NCBI RefSeq assembly: GCF_006345805.1
Contig: NC_043025.1
Coordinates: forward strand, 7,130,001 to 7,194,000
Reading direction: 5' to 3'
From: Octopus sinensis
Lineage: Eukaryota
Length of the DNA stretch: 64,000 bases
Shown: positions 49,407 to 60,185 of the stretch, in pieces
Layout: each line of letters begins with the position of its first letter
Position numbering within the stretch: position 1 is the stretch's first letter
Program-made: the position numbers and the translations under genes
Notes under the pieces: model-generated
The model's database searches: none
Told to the model about the DNA's origin: nothing
Seen by the model: the letters and a program-made list of their open reading frames with translations, nothing else

Positions 49407-51239
49407 AATATGTGTACAAATTTTTTTCCTTTCCTGAAGTGTTTGTACATTTGTTTGGCAGACTCTGTGTGTGTACATATATATAATTATCTATCTGCCT
49501 ATCTTTTTATATAGACCTATCCTCTTTGTTTCTCTATCTACCTACCTACTTACCTATGTACTTAGCTAAGTATATGCCTGCCTGTTTCTCTCTCTTTTAT
49601 CTGTCTACATGACTCTGTACTGGTCTCTGTCTGTCTGTCTCTCTCTTCTTGCTCTCATGCACACACACACACACACACCACACACACACACACACACGTT
49701 ATGGGCTTGCACACAGTTTCTGTCTACCCTATGCATTCACAAGGCGTTAGTCGGCCCAAGGCTATAGTAGAAGACATTTGCCCAAGATGCCAGACAGTGG
49801 GACTAAACCCCAAATCACATGACTACCAAGCAAGCATTTTAATCTAAACCATACCCCTAAAAAAAAAAAGGCCCTAGCAGAATATAGTTTAGATCTGTAG
49901 ACCCGTGACCCATGTGCTGAGCACATTTTCAATGTGCCACTCTGCTTATTAATATTCCTTTACTTTTTCATTTACTTGTTTCAGTCATTTGACTGCGGCC
50001 ATGCTGGAGCACCGCCTTTAGTCGAGCAAATCGACCCCGGGACTTATTCTTTGTAAGCCTTGTACTTATTCTATCGGCCTCTTTCACAGCATGGCCGCAG
50101 TCAAATGACTGAAACAAGCAAAAGAGTAAAAGAGAGAGTAAAGAGTAGCATCTTTGAAATCTCGTGAATGTTAAAGGTGGTCCCTAAGGGGTCCCTAATC
50201 ACACACACGCATACGCACGCACATCCAATATTTGTGGTCGTGCGATATTAAACGTCATTGTTGACGTCGTGCATGTTTCCAGGGTTGAATCTGTAACAGT
50301 ACCTGTAATATACTGGGGTTAATATAATCAACTAAATCCCACTCCCACACACCCCCTTCTTTCCTTTCTTCCAACCTAACCAAGATGTAACACCATTTCA
50401 TATTAACACCGTTTCATATTAACAACTCTGCAAACAATATTTTCTTTCATGCTAACACCCCTGCCCCCTCTCTCTCTCAAACCCCTATTTCCTTTTTGGA
50501 ACGGGGTTTGATTTTTTTTTCCCTTTCTTTTTACCTTTTTTTTGTTTTTTTGGTTTTATTTAAAAAGTTTTTTTCCCCCCCCGTTTAATTTTCCAATTTG
50601 CTAATTATAATAATGATTGTTTCATGATGATGCTGTTGGTGGTGGTGGTGATGATGATGATTGTGGTGGTGGTGGTGGTGGTGGTGGTGGTCATGATGGT
50701 GACGGTGGTGGTGGTGGTTGCTGTAATCACTGGTGATGGTGATGATGATGTTATTGCTGTTTGAGTTTTTCCTCCCCCTCCCCTCTAGATCAGTAGCTGC
50801 TATGGCCCAGCTGTTCCCAGCCATGACCATCCTGTCTTGTCTTTCATTTTAGAAGAGGTGGGAGTGTGTTGTTTGAGCAGAGACAATAAGATAGTACGAT
50901 TTTAGGGAGATTTTGGCTGCTATTTCTAGCTATTTGAACGAACCACTTGGAGGTCTCTTCACTACTTCATGACTGCGATGGTGATGATGACGATGATGAT
51001 AAATTGGTAAAGAAAATATTTAGCTGATGGTGGTCATAGCTGGAGAGGAGCAAGAGATGTAGGAATATGGGTTTTGGTTAAAGCAGTTGTAGTTCTGCTG
51101 TGTACGTACTACCAAACCACGTTGGGGAATGTTAAGCCAATGAGTGACTGACAACCTATCCAGGTGGTGGTTTGTCTCTCATGACAGATGTCTTTCTTTC
51201 TGCCCTATATTTCACATAACCTCAAATTACACTTATCTG

Positions 51240-51530
51240 TGTTCAATGAGCAAATATTTACCACCAGGGTATCTGGGAAATATTAACCTGTGAGAGACTG
51301 GTGACCTATCCCAGGGAAGATGTATTTCTCATCACAGTGTCTCTGTGCAGGGGAGCACACTACATTCCACATAATGTCTGTGTTCAATTAGCAAATATTT
51401 ACCACCAGGGTATCTGGGGAATATTAACCTGTGAGAGACTGGTGACCTATCCCAGGGAAGATGTATTTCTCATCACAGTGTCTCTGTGCAGGGGAGCACA
51501 CTATATTCCACATAACCTCAGTTTACACTC
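51240..51530. repeat. ~148-bp tandem duplication
   Basis: GCAAATATTTACCACCAGGGTATCTGGG...CATTCCACATAA occurs twice. Confidence 0.85.
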
Positions 51531-52102
51531 TTGGCTGTGATGAGATAATAGGTACCGCTGGATTATGTGAGAGAAAGTTAACTTTGAGTAGACTGGTGTC
51601 CTATCCTGGAGCAGTGATTTAATCTCGTATTTGGTGTTCATGTCAAGCATTGTAGGTGGGGGGGGGTGATATGAGCTATGCCTATTGTGGATTGTCAGGC
51701 TTAGTATGGCTCTGCGTGTGTGTGTGTGTTTGTGTGATGCTCAGAGAGGTGGTCATGGCTAGCACTTTGGTTTGAGGTGGTGGTGGTGAAGGGTTTTTGA
51801 AGTTTTTTGCCGCCTCAGAAATTGATTTTTGGTCATCCTGGTACCCTGGCACATTTGCGCGTGCTTTTAATTATTGCTTCACCTGCAGATCCACGCTTAA
51901 CTAACAGATTATTATTATTATTATTATTGTTTCTGGTAGGATTTATGTGGATAGTGGCATCCACAAGCTTTCAATCTCCTTCAATCATTTGTCACAATCT
52001 TTACTCACAGTTCCCAATGCACCAATTATTACAGGCAAAACCTTTATAATTCTCATACCCCACTTATTATTAAATATTAATATTATTGTTGTTGTTGTTG
52101 TT

Positions 52103-52778
52103 AAGGTGGTGAGCTGGCAGAATCATTAGCACACCAGGTAAAATGCTCATCTGCATTTTGTCCATTTTTGTGGTCCGAGTTCAAATTCCGCCGAGGTTGA
52201 CTTCGCCTGCCATCCTTTCAGGGTCAATAAATTAAATACCAGTAAAAAAACTGGGGTCTGTGGAATTGACTAGCCCCCTCCCCCAAAATTTCAGGCCTTG
52301 CGCCTTTAGTATAAAAGATTATTATTATTATTATTATTATTGAGTGAGAGAGCAGTGCATGCCATCAAAGTGACACTGGGGTAAAATCTACAAAGCCCAA
52401 TATACCCCATCATGACTACCCGTCTGATAAGGGTACACCAGGCACATGACCTTGCAGGTGGGGCCCAGTTAGAATTTTCTTCAGGTCGAGTAGCCCATCC
52501 TGCTCAAAAGGTCCCTGAATAAGGGTTGCCTTAGGATGTTGAACGAAACACCTATGTTTCCAGAGGTGAATTATTCAAACCCCAAAGAATCCCTCTCAAC
52601 ACATGGCTATGATGCTCCCCCACTACTTCTGCTCGTGATCAGAGATGCACATATCGTCAGCCACTAAGGGACATGCTCAACTGGTTACAGTCAAGCAAAT
52701 GACAAGCAAATCTGTGGTATTGAGCAGAATATTTGCTGTAGCCCATCTTTTATACCAAGACAAAACAAAACAATGTAC

Positions 52779-52815
<37 letters not shown>

Positions 52816-53008
52816 GTTGGCAGAACTGTCAGCACATGGGACAAAATGTCTAACGAACATTTCATGTGTTGACATTCTGAGTTCCAGTATCACCAAAGCC
52901 GACTTTGCCTTTTATCGTTTCGGGGTCGATAAAATAAGTACCAGTTGAACACTAAGGGTCAATATAATAGACTTACTCTCTCCCCCAAACTGTGCCTAAA
53001 TTTGAAAC

Positions 53009-53042
<34 letters not shown>

Positions 53043-53765
53043 TATTATTATTAGGTGGTGAGGTGGCAGAATCGTTAGCACACCGGGCAAAATGCTTCAC
53101 AGCATTTCATCTGCTCTTAGGTTCTGGGTTCAAATTCTGCTAAGGTCAACTTTGCCTTTCATCCTTTTGGGGTCAATGAAATAAGTACCAGTTACACATT
53201 GGGGTTGATGTGATCGACTAGCCCCCTACCTCCAAAATTTCAGCCCTTGTGCCTATAGTAGAAAGGATTATTATTATTACTAAAAAATTGGAAAGCTGGC
53301 AGGAACATTACCTCATAGTTCTTTACATTCCAAGTTCAAATCCTGCTAAAGTCGACTTGACCGTTTGTCCTTTCAGAATAGATAAAACAGAAAACAGATG
53401 ATTATTGGGGGTCAGTGTAATTGACTGGCCCCTTCTCTGCAAAATTTCAAGCCTATAGTAAAAAAGTGATATTATGATTTCTAATGGGTTTTTTTCTCTG
53501 GTACACAGGAGAATCATATGTCCCATGATTCTCAGCTATTTCACAAGCAATCTTACCCCAAGAATTCTTCCGCCCTTCCTCTGCCTTGACAGCTTTATTA
53601 GCATAATGCACATTTATAAATTTTTCGTTATTTTTCTCAACACAGCAATTAATTCTGTTATTGTCGTAGTTGTTGTTGTTGCTGTTATCAGCGTCATTAT
53701 ATTTTTTCGTTATGTTAGACACAATGTCTAATTATTATTATTATTATTATTACTACTACTTCTGC

Positions 53766-53798
<33 letters not shown>

Positions 53799-54586
53799 GG
53801 TGGTAAGCTGGTAGAATCGTTAGCACGCTGGATGAAATGCTTAGCAGTATCTCACTCATCGCTACCTTCTGAGTTCAAATTCCACCAAGGTCGACTTTAC
53901 CTTTCTTCTTTTTGAGAGTTGATAAATTAAGTACCAGCCCAGTACAGGGGTTGATGTGATCGACTGTCCCCCTCCCCTCAAATTCCAGGCTTTGTGCCTA
54001 TAGTAGAATGGTTTACTATTATTATTTTTAATAAGGTGGTGAGCTGGCAGAATCGTTAGCTTAGCAGGCAAAATGCTTTATGGTGTTTTGTCCATCTTTA
54101 CATTCTGAGTTCAAATTTTGTTGGGGTTGACTTTGCCTTTTCATCCTTTCGGGATTGATAAAAGCTCTGGGGTCAATATATTTGATTATTCCTATTGTTC
54201 GAATTGCAGGCCTTGTAACTGTAAGAGAAAGAGTTCAAATTCGACCGAGGTCGACTTTGCCTTTCATCCTTCCAGGGTTGATAAATCAAATACCAGTTGC
54301 ATATTGGGGGTCAATCTAATTGACTGACCACCTCCAACAAAATTTCAGGCCTTGTTCCTATAGTAGAAAGGATTTTATTATCATTGTTAGCACGCTGGGC
54401 GAAATGCTTATCTGCATTTTGTCTGCCACCAAGGTCGACTTTGCCTTTCATCCTTTCGGGATCGATAAATTAAGTACCAGTGGAACACTGGGGTCGATGT
54501 AATCAACTTATCCTCTCTCCCAAAATTTCAGGCCTTGTGCCTACAGTAGAAAGAATTATTATTATTATTATTATTATTATTATTGT
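52103..54586 (+). mobile_element. Head-to-tail train of ~8-9 SINE B copies with (ATT)n spacers, plus one truncated family D copy (52341-52780)
   Basis: AAGGTGGTGAGCTGGCAGAATC..TTAGCAC heads or internal segments at ~52103, 52814, 53055, 53290, 53797, 54032, 54230 and 54385. Confidence 0.85.
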
Positions 54587-55967
54587 TGAGTGAGAGAGCA
54601 GTGCATGCCATCAAAGTGACACTGGGGTAAAATATACGAAGCCCAGTATACCCATCATGACTACCCGTCTGATAAGGGTACACCAGGCACATGCATCACA
54701 ACCATGTGTGCACGACATGGTGATCTCATATCAAGATAAACAGCGCATGACCTTGCAGGTGGGGCCCAGTTAGAATTTTGTTCTGGTCAAGTAGCCCATC
54801 CAGCTCAAAAGGTCCCTGAATAAGGATGTTGAACAAAACACCCATGTTTCCAAAGGTGAATCATTCAAACCTCAAAGAATCCCTCTCAACACATGGCTAT
54901 GATGCTCCCCCACTACTTCTGCTCGTGATCAGAGATGCACATCTCGTCAGCCACTAAGGGACATGCTCAACTGGTTATGGTCAAACAACTGACAAACAAA
55001 TCTGTGGTATTGAGCAGATTATTAGCTGTAGCCCATCTTTTATACCAAGACAAAACAATTTACATGATAACACTTCCAATCTGTTCAGATCAGAAGCCAT
55101 GAGAGCCACTGCCTGGAACTGCATCAGAGCATTAGCAAATCTGTGGTATTGAGCAGAATATTTGCTGTAGGCCATCTTTTACACCAAGACAAAACAATGT
55201 ACATGATAACACTTCCTATCAGTTAAGATCAGAAGCCATGAGAGCCACTGTCTGGTAATGCATCAGGGCATTAGCAAATCTGTGGTATTGAGCAGAATAT
55301 TTGCTGTAGCCCATCTTTTATACCAAGACAAAACAATGTACATGATAACACTTCCAATCAGTTAAGACCAGAAGCCATGAGAGCCACTGCCTGGAACTGC
55401 ATCAGATCATTAGCAAATCTGTGCTATTGAGCAGAATATTTGCTGTAGGCCATCTTTTACACCAAGACAAAACAGTGTACATGATAACACTTCCTATCAG
55501 TTAAGATCAGAAGCCATGAGAGCCACTGTCTGGTACTGCATCAGGGCATTAGCAAATCTGTGGTATTGAGCAGAATATTTGCTGTAGCCCATCTTTTATA
55601 CCAAGACAAAACAATGTACATGATAACACTTCCAATCAGTTAAGACCAGAAGCCATGAGAGCCACTGCCTGGAACTGCATCAGAGCATTAGCAAATCTGT
55701 GGTATTGAGCAGAATATTTGCTGTAGCCCATCTTTTATACCAAGACAAAACAATTTACATGATAACACTTCCAATCAGTTAAGATCAGAAGCCATGAGAG
55801 CCACTGCCTGGTACTGCATCAGGGCATTAGCAAATCTGTGGTATTGAGCAGAATATTTGCTGTAGGCCATCTTTTATACCAAGACCAAACAATGTACATG
55901 AGAACACTTCCAATCAGTTAAGACCAGAAGTCATGAGAGTCACTGCCTGGTACTGCATCAGGGCATT
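54587..55967 (-). mobile_element. Family D retroelement with seven 139-bp terminal monomers
   Basis: Monomers start at 54995, 55134, 55273, 55412, 55551, 55690 and 55829. Confidence 0.87.
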
Positions 55968-56169
55968 TATCATTATTGTTATTATTAAGCGACCATGTAA
56001 CCATCATGCAATTAAGATATTCTTGGCCTGATGATTAGGTAAATTGAGGACCGTTCATTGAGTAAATGCTACTTCAGAGGATCATCTAGCTAAGAAACAT
56101 GTGTAGGTTGGATTTTACCCTCTCGCCTCCTTCAGTTTGGATAAATATTTGCTACATAATATTTAAGTA

Positions 56170-56555
56170 AGCAGGAGTGGCTGTGTGGTAAGTAGCTTGC
56201 TTACCAACCACATGGTTCTGGGTTCAGTCCCACTGCGTGGCATCTTGGGCAAGTGTCTTCTACTATAGCCTCGGGCCGACCAAAGCCTTGTGAGTGGATT
56301 TGGTAGACAGAAAATGAAAGAAGCCCGTCGTATATATGTATACATATATATATATGTATGTATGTGTTTGTCCCCCTAGCATTGCTTGACAACCGATTCT
56401 GGTGTGTTTATGTCCCTGTCACTTAGCAGTTCGGCAAATGAGACCTATAGAATAAGTACTGGGCTTACAAAGAATAAGTCCCAGGGTCGATTTGCTCGAC
56501 TAAAGGCGGTGCTCCAGCATGGCCGCAGTCAAATGACTGAAACAAGTAAAAGAGT
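56170..56555 (+). mobile_element. SINE A (left part of a TSD-bounded composite insertion)
   Basis: Full family A copy. AATATTTAAGTA occurs at 56158-56169 and 57471-57482. Confidence 0.88.
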
Positions 56556-56766
56556 AATAATAAATCTCTGAATGAGATGTAAACAGTAAGCGCTCGACAA
56601 CGTAAAGTATACTAGCCATCTCAATATGGCTAACCACTAAGGGTGGGTGTTACTGTAGCTTTTAGCCCCAGGAGATCATCGTCTCCAGCTGGCTTTAGGC
56701 ACGCTTTCTTTGCTCTTATGATATTTGCAAAGGGAGGTCATCCCTCTCTCGTAAACCTAAGTGATA

Positions 56767-56812
56767 CGCACGGACTGCAGTTTCGAGGTAATTTGCCTCT
56801 TGTCAACGTACG
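56767..56812 (-). ncRNA. Minimal type I hammerhead, core mutated
   Basis: CGTACG TTGACAA GAGG-CAAATTA-CCTC GAAA CTGCAG TC CGTGCG. Stems are intact; the core has C3T and G8A changes. Confidence 0.65.
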
Positions 56813-57262
56813 GTAATCCACCGGTTTCGATGAAGAGAGACCTGTTTGCAAATATCTATTTATGTTTTTCCCAGTAACCACTGCCACTGATTTCGAAAAA
56901 CTGTCTGCAAGCAATAATAAATCTCTGAACGAGATGTAAACAGTAACCACTCACACCTAGGTTTACGAGAGAGGGATGACCTCCCTTTGCAAATATCATA
57001 AGGGCAAAGAAAGTGTGCCTAAAGTCAGCTGGAGACGATGATCTCCTGGGGCTAAAAGCTACAGTAATACCCACCCTTAGTGGTTAGCCATATTGAGATG
57101 GCTAGTATACTTTATGTTGTCGAGCGCTTACTGTATACATCTCGTTCAGAGATTTATTATTGCTTGCAGACAGTTTTTCGAAATCAGTGATGGAAGTTAC
57201 TGGGAAAAACAATAAATAAGTATTTGCAAACAGGTCTCCCTTCATCGAAAACCGGTGATTGC

Positions 57263-57307
57263 CGTACGCTGAGGACAGGTCAATACCTAGAAACTGCAGT
57301 CCGTGCG
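57263..57307 (+). ncRNA. Minimal type I hammerhead ribozyme motif, sense to the PBRM1 pre-mRNA
   Basis: CGTACG CTGAGGA cAGGT-CAAT-ACCTa GAAA CTGCAG TC CGTGCG. Full core, 6-bp stem I, palindromic ACTGCAGT stem III, GUC site at 57299-57301. Confidence 0.78.
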
Positions 57308-57744
57308 TATCACTTAGGTTTACGAGAGAGGGATGACCTCCCTTTGCAAATATCATAAGGGCACAGAAAGTGTGCCTAAAGCCAGCTGGAGACAATGATC
57401 TCCTGGGGCTAAAAGCTACAGTAACACCCACCCTTAGTGTTTAGCCATATTGAGATGGCTAGTATACTTTAATATTTAAGTAGATGCTCATTAAAAAACG
57501 AAAACTGGGAGCTCAAGCTACCAGTAGCATATAATAGGGTGCTCTTTGAGGATTTTGACGCTCAAAAGAAACCGGATTAGTCTTGTAAATGCCATCAGCT
57601 GGATAAACTTACATGTTTATAAATGATATCTACATATAAAGAAATATTATTATCATTTTTATTATTATTATTCTTATTTGCTAAATGTGTTTTGCTTGAT
57701 TTTGCTGTGTTTTTATGTTATATGTAAATAGACAAATGTTGCTG

Positions 57745-58149
57745 TGTGTGTGCGTGCGTGTGTAGATATGTATATACATATGTATGTATATATATATTAT
57801 ATATATTATATATATATATATATATATATGTATACAATATGCAGATATATATATATATATATATATATATACATTCACACATATATATATTTATACATAC
57901 ATGTATATATTTACACGTATATATCTATATATTTACACACATATATATACATATATATATGCGTATGTATATGTGTGTAAATATATAATATATATGTATA
58001 ATATATGTGTATGTGTAAATATATATTATATGTATGTGTATATATATATGCATATATATATATATATGCATATATTATATGCATGCATATAGGCATATAT
58101 ATATATATATATGCATATATATATATAGAATGTGCATATATATATATGC

Positions 58150-58185
<36 letters not shown>

Positions 58186-58265
58186 TATATATATAGATAT
58201 ATAATATATATATATGATATATATCTATATATATATATATATATATATGCATATATATATATATA

Positions 58266-58300
<35 letters not shown>

Positions 58301-58577
58301 GATATATATGCATATATATATATATATATATATATCTATATTATATATGCATATTATATATATATATATATATATATATGCAACATATATATATATATAT
58401 ATGAATATATATATATAATATATATGCAGATATATATTATATATATATTGCATATATATATATATATGCATATATATATATATATGCATATATATATTAT
58501 ATATATATGCATATATATATATATATATATGAATATATATATTATATAATATATGCATATATATATATATATATGCA

Positions 58578-58631
<54 letters not shown>

Positions 58632-58765
58632 CATATATATATATAGTATATATATGCATATATATATATATATATGCATATATATATTATATATATGCAT
58701 ATATATATATATATATATAATGTGCATATAAATATATGCATATATATTTGTGTATGTATGTTATA
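57745..58765. repeat. ~1-kb (TA)n/ATATGC compound microsatellite
   Basis: Direct reading of the sequence. Confidence 0.95.
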
Positions 58766-58979
58766 TATAAAATTTTAATTTCATAACAATTATTGTTGCC
58801 GCTGTTGTTGTCATTATTACTATTATTATTATTTTTATCATTATTATTTTTTGTTGCTGATGTTGTAGCTGTTTTTGTTGTTTTGTAGCTTTTTCTTTTC
58901 TTTTTCTTCTTTTTTTCTTTCTTTTTTTTTTTTTTTTTCTTTCTCCTTTTGGCTTCTGTCGGTAAATCTGTCGTCTCAG

Positions 58980-59387
58980 GCATACATCTTCCTGGTATGG
59001 CTGGTGTCCCAAACAGCAACGTCGCACAACGAGGAGTGGTTCCGGCGGGGGCTATGGTGCTGCCCCATGGTGTGGTGGGAGTCAGTGGCGGCGGCGGCGG
59101 TGGTATCGGTGACATGTCCCCTTCAGGAGCCCAGCAACCGCACCACCACCACCACCATCAACAGCAGCAGCAGCAGCACCTACTACTGCAACAACAACAA
59201 CAACTACTACAACAACAACAAGGAGCTGGACAGGGCCCACGCACTGTTTACATGTCACCATTTCACCTGCAACAACAACAACAACAGCAGCCACACCAAC
59301 ACCACCACCACCACTACCAACAACAACAACAACAACATCACCATCATCTGCCCGGCATGCGGTTCCCAGGATTTCAGCCAATACCAG
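58980..59387 (+). CDS. PBRM1: Polybromo-1 Gly/Gln/His-rich low-complexity exon
   Basis: Long T tract then tctcag|GC. (G)IHLPGMAGVPNS...polyH/polyQ...FQPIP(G) is in frame with the phase-1 upstream donor. The 3' end is uncertain: either a GC donor cag|gcacgt at 59388 or read-through to TAA at 59414-59416. Confidence 0.72.
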
Positions 59388-59883
59388 GCACGTCCACATC
59401 CACCTCGTCCTCCTAAACCTCTTCTGCTTTATCAGGGATGGGGTCATCGTATATATTTTTCATTGTCCATTCACACATCAGCCTGTCCCCCTTCCTACAC
59501 CGAATCCTTCATCCCCCCCGTGCATTGGCTCCCTCCAACCAACTGTCCCTCCCCTTTTTTTAATCCGGTCAGAACTGCCCCTTGTTGTCCCGACTTTGTG
59601 TATAGTACTGCAGCCATTGTCTCTTGCGAATCCTCTTTGGACGTCTCTCTCAATCTCAAGTGGCAACTGAAGTGTATGTGTGCACTTGCACACACATGTA
59701 CTTTCTTTCCTGAGCCCTTTCTTGAGCCCTCACTCCCTTATGGAATGTCAGGGTACCATTGTGACATGTCCTAGGCATTTAAACTTTGCAGAGTATCTCA
59801 CTGTCCAGGACTGTATATGTGTATGTATTATATATATATATATATATATATATACGAGAAAGAAGCAACAAGAATGGATTGGT

Positions 59884-59974
59884 TTTTAGTACAATTGTTT
59901 CATACAAAGACAGGCTTTATTACAAGTTGCAAAAATTGCAGCAGATAAAAGTGTCCCGTACTCATCAGCTAAAA
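59884..59974 (-). ncRNA. Type I hammerhead motif with extended (60-nt) stem II
   Basis: TTTTAG CTGATGA GTAC...GTAT GAAA CAATTG TA CTAAAA. Perfect core, 6-bp stem I, palindromic ACAATTGT stem III, GUA site. Confidence 0.72.
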
Positions 59975-60097
59975 TACATTTGAGTTCTCTAGACATCTTA
60001 GTGGGTGAGGTTATACTCATGAGATATTGGAGATAGTTCCATTAGAGGCAGATATAGGTTGTAAACTGGAAGTTACTTGAATCTTAATTGCTTTGAT

Positions 60098-60185
<88 letters not shown>

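Larger units (their letters stand above)
56556..57470. mobile_element. Head-to-head array of a 357-bp hammerhead-containing unit (Penelope pLTR-like or retrozyme-like)
   Basis: Period 357 on both sides (56556/56913 and 56958/57315). The right part is the reverse complement of the left. One hammerhead per unit. Confidence 0.8.

Noticed and set aside
57911-58741. 276-aa I/Y ORF
   Set aside because: (TA)n translation.
58875-59774. 299-aa ORF overlapping the Q/H exon, including PPRPPKPLLLY
   Set aside because: Wrong frame for the upstream phase-1 donor. The resemblance to the PBRM1 C-terminal PPPKTQRLLH motif is superficial.
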